DNA of 64,000 bases from assembly GCF_963921235.1 (NCBI RefSeq), contig NC_086109.1, positions 35,838,001 through 35,902,000 of the forward strand, written 5' to 3'. This document shows positions 61,030 through 64,000 of the stretch, piece after piece. Source of the DNA: Mobula hypostoma (taxonomy: Eukaryota). Under the pieces are notes generated by a model. That model ran no database searches. It was not told the origin of the DNA and worked only from the letters and a program-made list of their open reading frames with translations. A program made the translations under genes and the position numbers. Within the stretch, counting starts at the first letter, position 1, and each line of letters begins with the position of its first letter.

Positions 61030-61701
61030 AGATTAGATTAGATTATGAGGACACACAGTCCTCTTTTATTGTCATTTAATAATGAATGCATTAAGAAATG
61101 ATACACTGTTCCTCCAGTGCAATATCCTAGAAACACAAGACAGACCAAGACTGAAAAACTGACAAAAACCACATAATTATAACATATAGCTACAACAGTG
61201 CAAGCAATACCGTAATTTGATAGAAGAACAGACCGTGGGCACAGTAAAAAAAGTCTCAAAGTCTCTCGAAAGTCCCAACATCAAACGCAGATGGTAGAAG
61301 GAAGAAACCTCTCCCTGCCATGAGCTTCCAGCGTCGCAAACTTGCCGATGCAGCATCCTGGAAGCACCCAACCACAGTCCGTCCAAAATCTTCGAGCTTC
61401 CAACCAGCCCTCCAACAACGAGCACCGAGCACCATCTCTGCTGAGCGCTTTAACCCCAGCCCAGGCAGCCAGCAACAGCAAAGCCAAGGATTTGGGGCCT
61501 TCCCTCCGGAGATTCTCAATCGCACAGTAGCAGCGGCAGCGAACCGGGCATTTCAGAAGTTTCTCCAGATGTTCCTCCGTGCTTCTTATGTCCGTCTCCA
61601 TCAAATCAGGATTGTGCACAGCCCCTATTTAACAAATATGATATCATTTCACCGGAGAGGCCGCACGCACTGAGTCGCGTCGCCATCTTCGCCTCCCTCC
61701 T
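61030..61701 (-). mobile_element. Apparently full-length ~670-bp non-coding retroposon
   Basis: 5' GGAGGGAGGCGAAGATGGCG; 3' AATAAA, GAGGAC/GTCCTC hairpin and (TAATC)n; candidate TSD TGAGTT at 61024-61029 and 61702-61707. Confidence 0.8.
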
Positions 61702-61944
61702 TGAGTTTCATTTAATATCATCTGAATTATCAGCTTGGAAGATGATAAAGAATGTCTTTCATTGCAATGACATTTCCTGTCAATTTGCAGAAAAATGTAT
61801 CAAATATAAGGGAGGAAACTATTTGCCTTTCAATAGTTCTATTTGTGACTGAGTGATGAGCAGTATGGCATTATTCTGAGAATCTTTTTGTATAAATAAT
61901 ATGGATTATTTATAATTGGAAAATTGTACACTTGGAAAACCTTC

Positions 61945-62042
61945 AACATAAACACAATCTGCAGCTGCTGGAAATCCAAAGCAATACACACAAAATGCTG
62001 GAGGAACTCAGCAGGTCAGGCAGCGTCTATGGAAATGAATGT
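61945..62042 (-). mobile_element. PLE 3'-end remnant
   Basis: ATCTGCAGCTGCTGGAAATCCAAAGCAATACACACAAAATGCTGGAGGAACTCAGCAGGTCAGGCAGC is the reverse complement of a terminus like 27740-27810. Confidence 0.7.
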
Positions 62043-62659
62043 CCTGGCTTATATTAACATGAAGTACACAGATTCCTTGATTCATGAAAATGATTCACTT
62101 TGTCAGAGATGATTTCTTAATGCAAACACAAGGAAATTAGATACACACACAGTTTTCATTTTTTATAATGTTTCTGCATCACTTCAATTCAGTAAAAATT
62201 TCTTTCAGCATGACGTGTTTGGCATTTCATGGTAATATATTTGCATGGAAGTAGACTATTGCTTTACACTGTCTGAAAAAATGCCTATTACACTTACTCA
62301 CAAATAGTTTGGATGTACTCTGATGCATGGGAGCTAATTATACAGAAAGAGATTATTGAAGATGGATGAAATTTCAAGTGAATTTTTGAAAGTTAATATG
62401 TTCTGGAACTAGAGACATGAAATTTATGCTAATGGTCTTATTTGCAATGTGTTATGAAATTCTGGCACTGGCTGAAGCTCCTGTTCCCTTGACCCCTAAT
62501 CCTTCAAGTACCCTCAGCCCAATAATGTTCACATCAACTTCTTTATGCACTCACATACTTTATGAGTAGGATACCTCTAAAAGTTAATGGAGAATCTGTT
62601 AATAATTATTTTGATAACTATAAAAAACCCATGAAATCCAAACAAGAATCTATCAGATA

Positions 62660-62895
62660 AAAAGTTTGAAGTAAATTTATTGTCAATGCACATATATGTC
62701 ACCATATACAACCCAGAGATTAATTTTCTTGTAGGTATACTCAGTAAATCCTTAATAGAATAATATCCATAATAGAATCAATGAAAATCCACACCAGCAT
62801 GGGCATCAACCAATGTTCACAGGGCAACAAACTGTGCAAATACAAAAAGAAGAAATAATAATGATAAATAAATAGGCAATAAATATCGAGAACTC
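62660..62895 (-). mobile_element. Retroposon 3' end, family of 46990-47310
   Basis: AAGTAAATTTATTGTCAA...ACAACCCAGAGATT.ATTTTCTTG...AAACTGTGCAAATA. Confidence 0.55.
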
Positions 62896-63339
62896 AATGA
62901 AAATCCATTTCCCCTCCATCACATAATGTATTCAGTTATTTAGTATGCAAGGTATTAATTGTTGGCACCAAAATAACAAAGGAAATGTTTTGTCATGTTT
63001 ACAAACACTGGAAGCATCCAGCTGATATCATGCTGCGAATAAAACTAATTGGATGGTAAATACATGGCAATCACATGCAAAATAATGCAATTCTTTCCGT
63101 CACACTGCGAGCAAGTTATAAGGAATTGTGGACATAAAACATTAACTGTTTTCACCTAGACTTGGGACTCTATAATATCTGTAGAATCAGATTGTTCTGA
63201 TTTTGTTTTGTTAGCTGTGTCATTTAATGCCTAGTTTTCTTCTCAGAGCCTGAAAAAGCATACTTACCCATAGATCGCGGATATGAAAGGAGTGAGAGAA
63301 TTTATTTAACATCTCATGCCAGTTTCCGACCATAGAGCT

Positions 63340-63720
63340 AATTCAAAGTTCAAAGTACATTTACTATCAAACTATGTATGCGGTATACAGCTCTGAGATT
63401 TGTCTTCCCCACAGACAGCCATGATACAACGAAAACCGTGCAACCTGTTAAAGAAAAATATCAAACATGCCCTCCACCATGCGCAAAAACAAATTGCACA
63501 AACAACAACAAAAAAGCTAGCAAAAAACACAGAATATAAAATCAATAGAATTCAAACTCATAAAAGTAGCAGAACTACATTTGAAAGACAAAGGAGTGAA
63601 AGGAGTAGTTTTGTGAATTGCCTGGAGAATGTCGCCCTTGGTGGCGTCGCTTGCTGGTGTCATCTTCTTCTGGAAGATGTTTCACAAGATGACACCGTAT
63701 GTTTGGGTGCACATTTATAA
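63340..63720 (-). mobile_element. Retroposon fragment with (TTTGAAC)n tail
   Basis: TTCAAAGTTCAAAGTACATTTACTATCAAA...CTGAGATTTGTCTT. Confidence 0.55.
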
Positions 63721-64000
63721 TCTTCTGATGATACATATAACCCAGCTTTATGAACAGAACTGAAGATTATCCATCCAAAAACTGCAGTCAACATTCATTG
63801 ACGTCAGAGTGACAACTTGCATATGAATTTCTGAAGGCTGTCACTTTTGAGAAGGACCCTCTGCAGTCCTTCTCAATAAAAGTAGTTGATGTATTTTGCA
63901 CCATCAAGACATGTCAAGAATTATGATCACTGCTACTCCTTGTTTTGTTTTTCATGGTATTATCAGATTATGACAATGCTATAATAACTCAGTTAATAGT

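Overview
Repeat-dense vertebrate non-coding DNA, either intronic or intergenic. The transposon (TE) repertoire suggests a cartilaginous fish, probably a ray or skate: HE1/V-SINE-like SINEs, CR1, Rex1/Babar, RTE, Penelope-like elements (PLEs), Tc1, hAT and Tigger-like MITEs. This taxonomic call is inferred from TE types only. I found no supportable host exon, and every recognisable ORF is a transposon relic. Highlights: (1) a complete non-autonomous Gypsy-type LTR element (1400-4009, minus strand, 5-bp target-site duplication) with only 162 bp between its LTRs; its primer-binding site is complementary to the predicted 5' end of its own transcript, as in Tf1/sushi self-priming. (2) Penelope-like elements carrying minimal hammerhead ribozyme motifs, including a solo 433-bp copy with a 12-bp TSD and a second family in inverted arrangement. 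(3) A multi-level nested hAT/LINE/Tigger composite. (4) A ~500-bp foldback. (5) A ~670-bp non-coding retroposon family. (6) A Hero/NeSL-like restriction-endonuclease retroelement end with a structured 3' UTR. Family names come from motif recognition, not database searches, and boundaries of old fragments are approximate.
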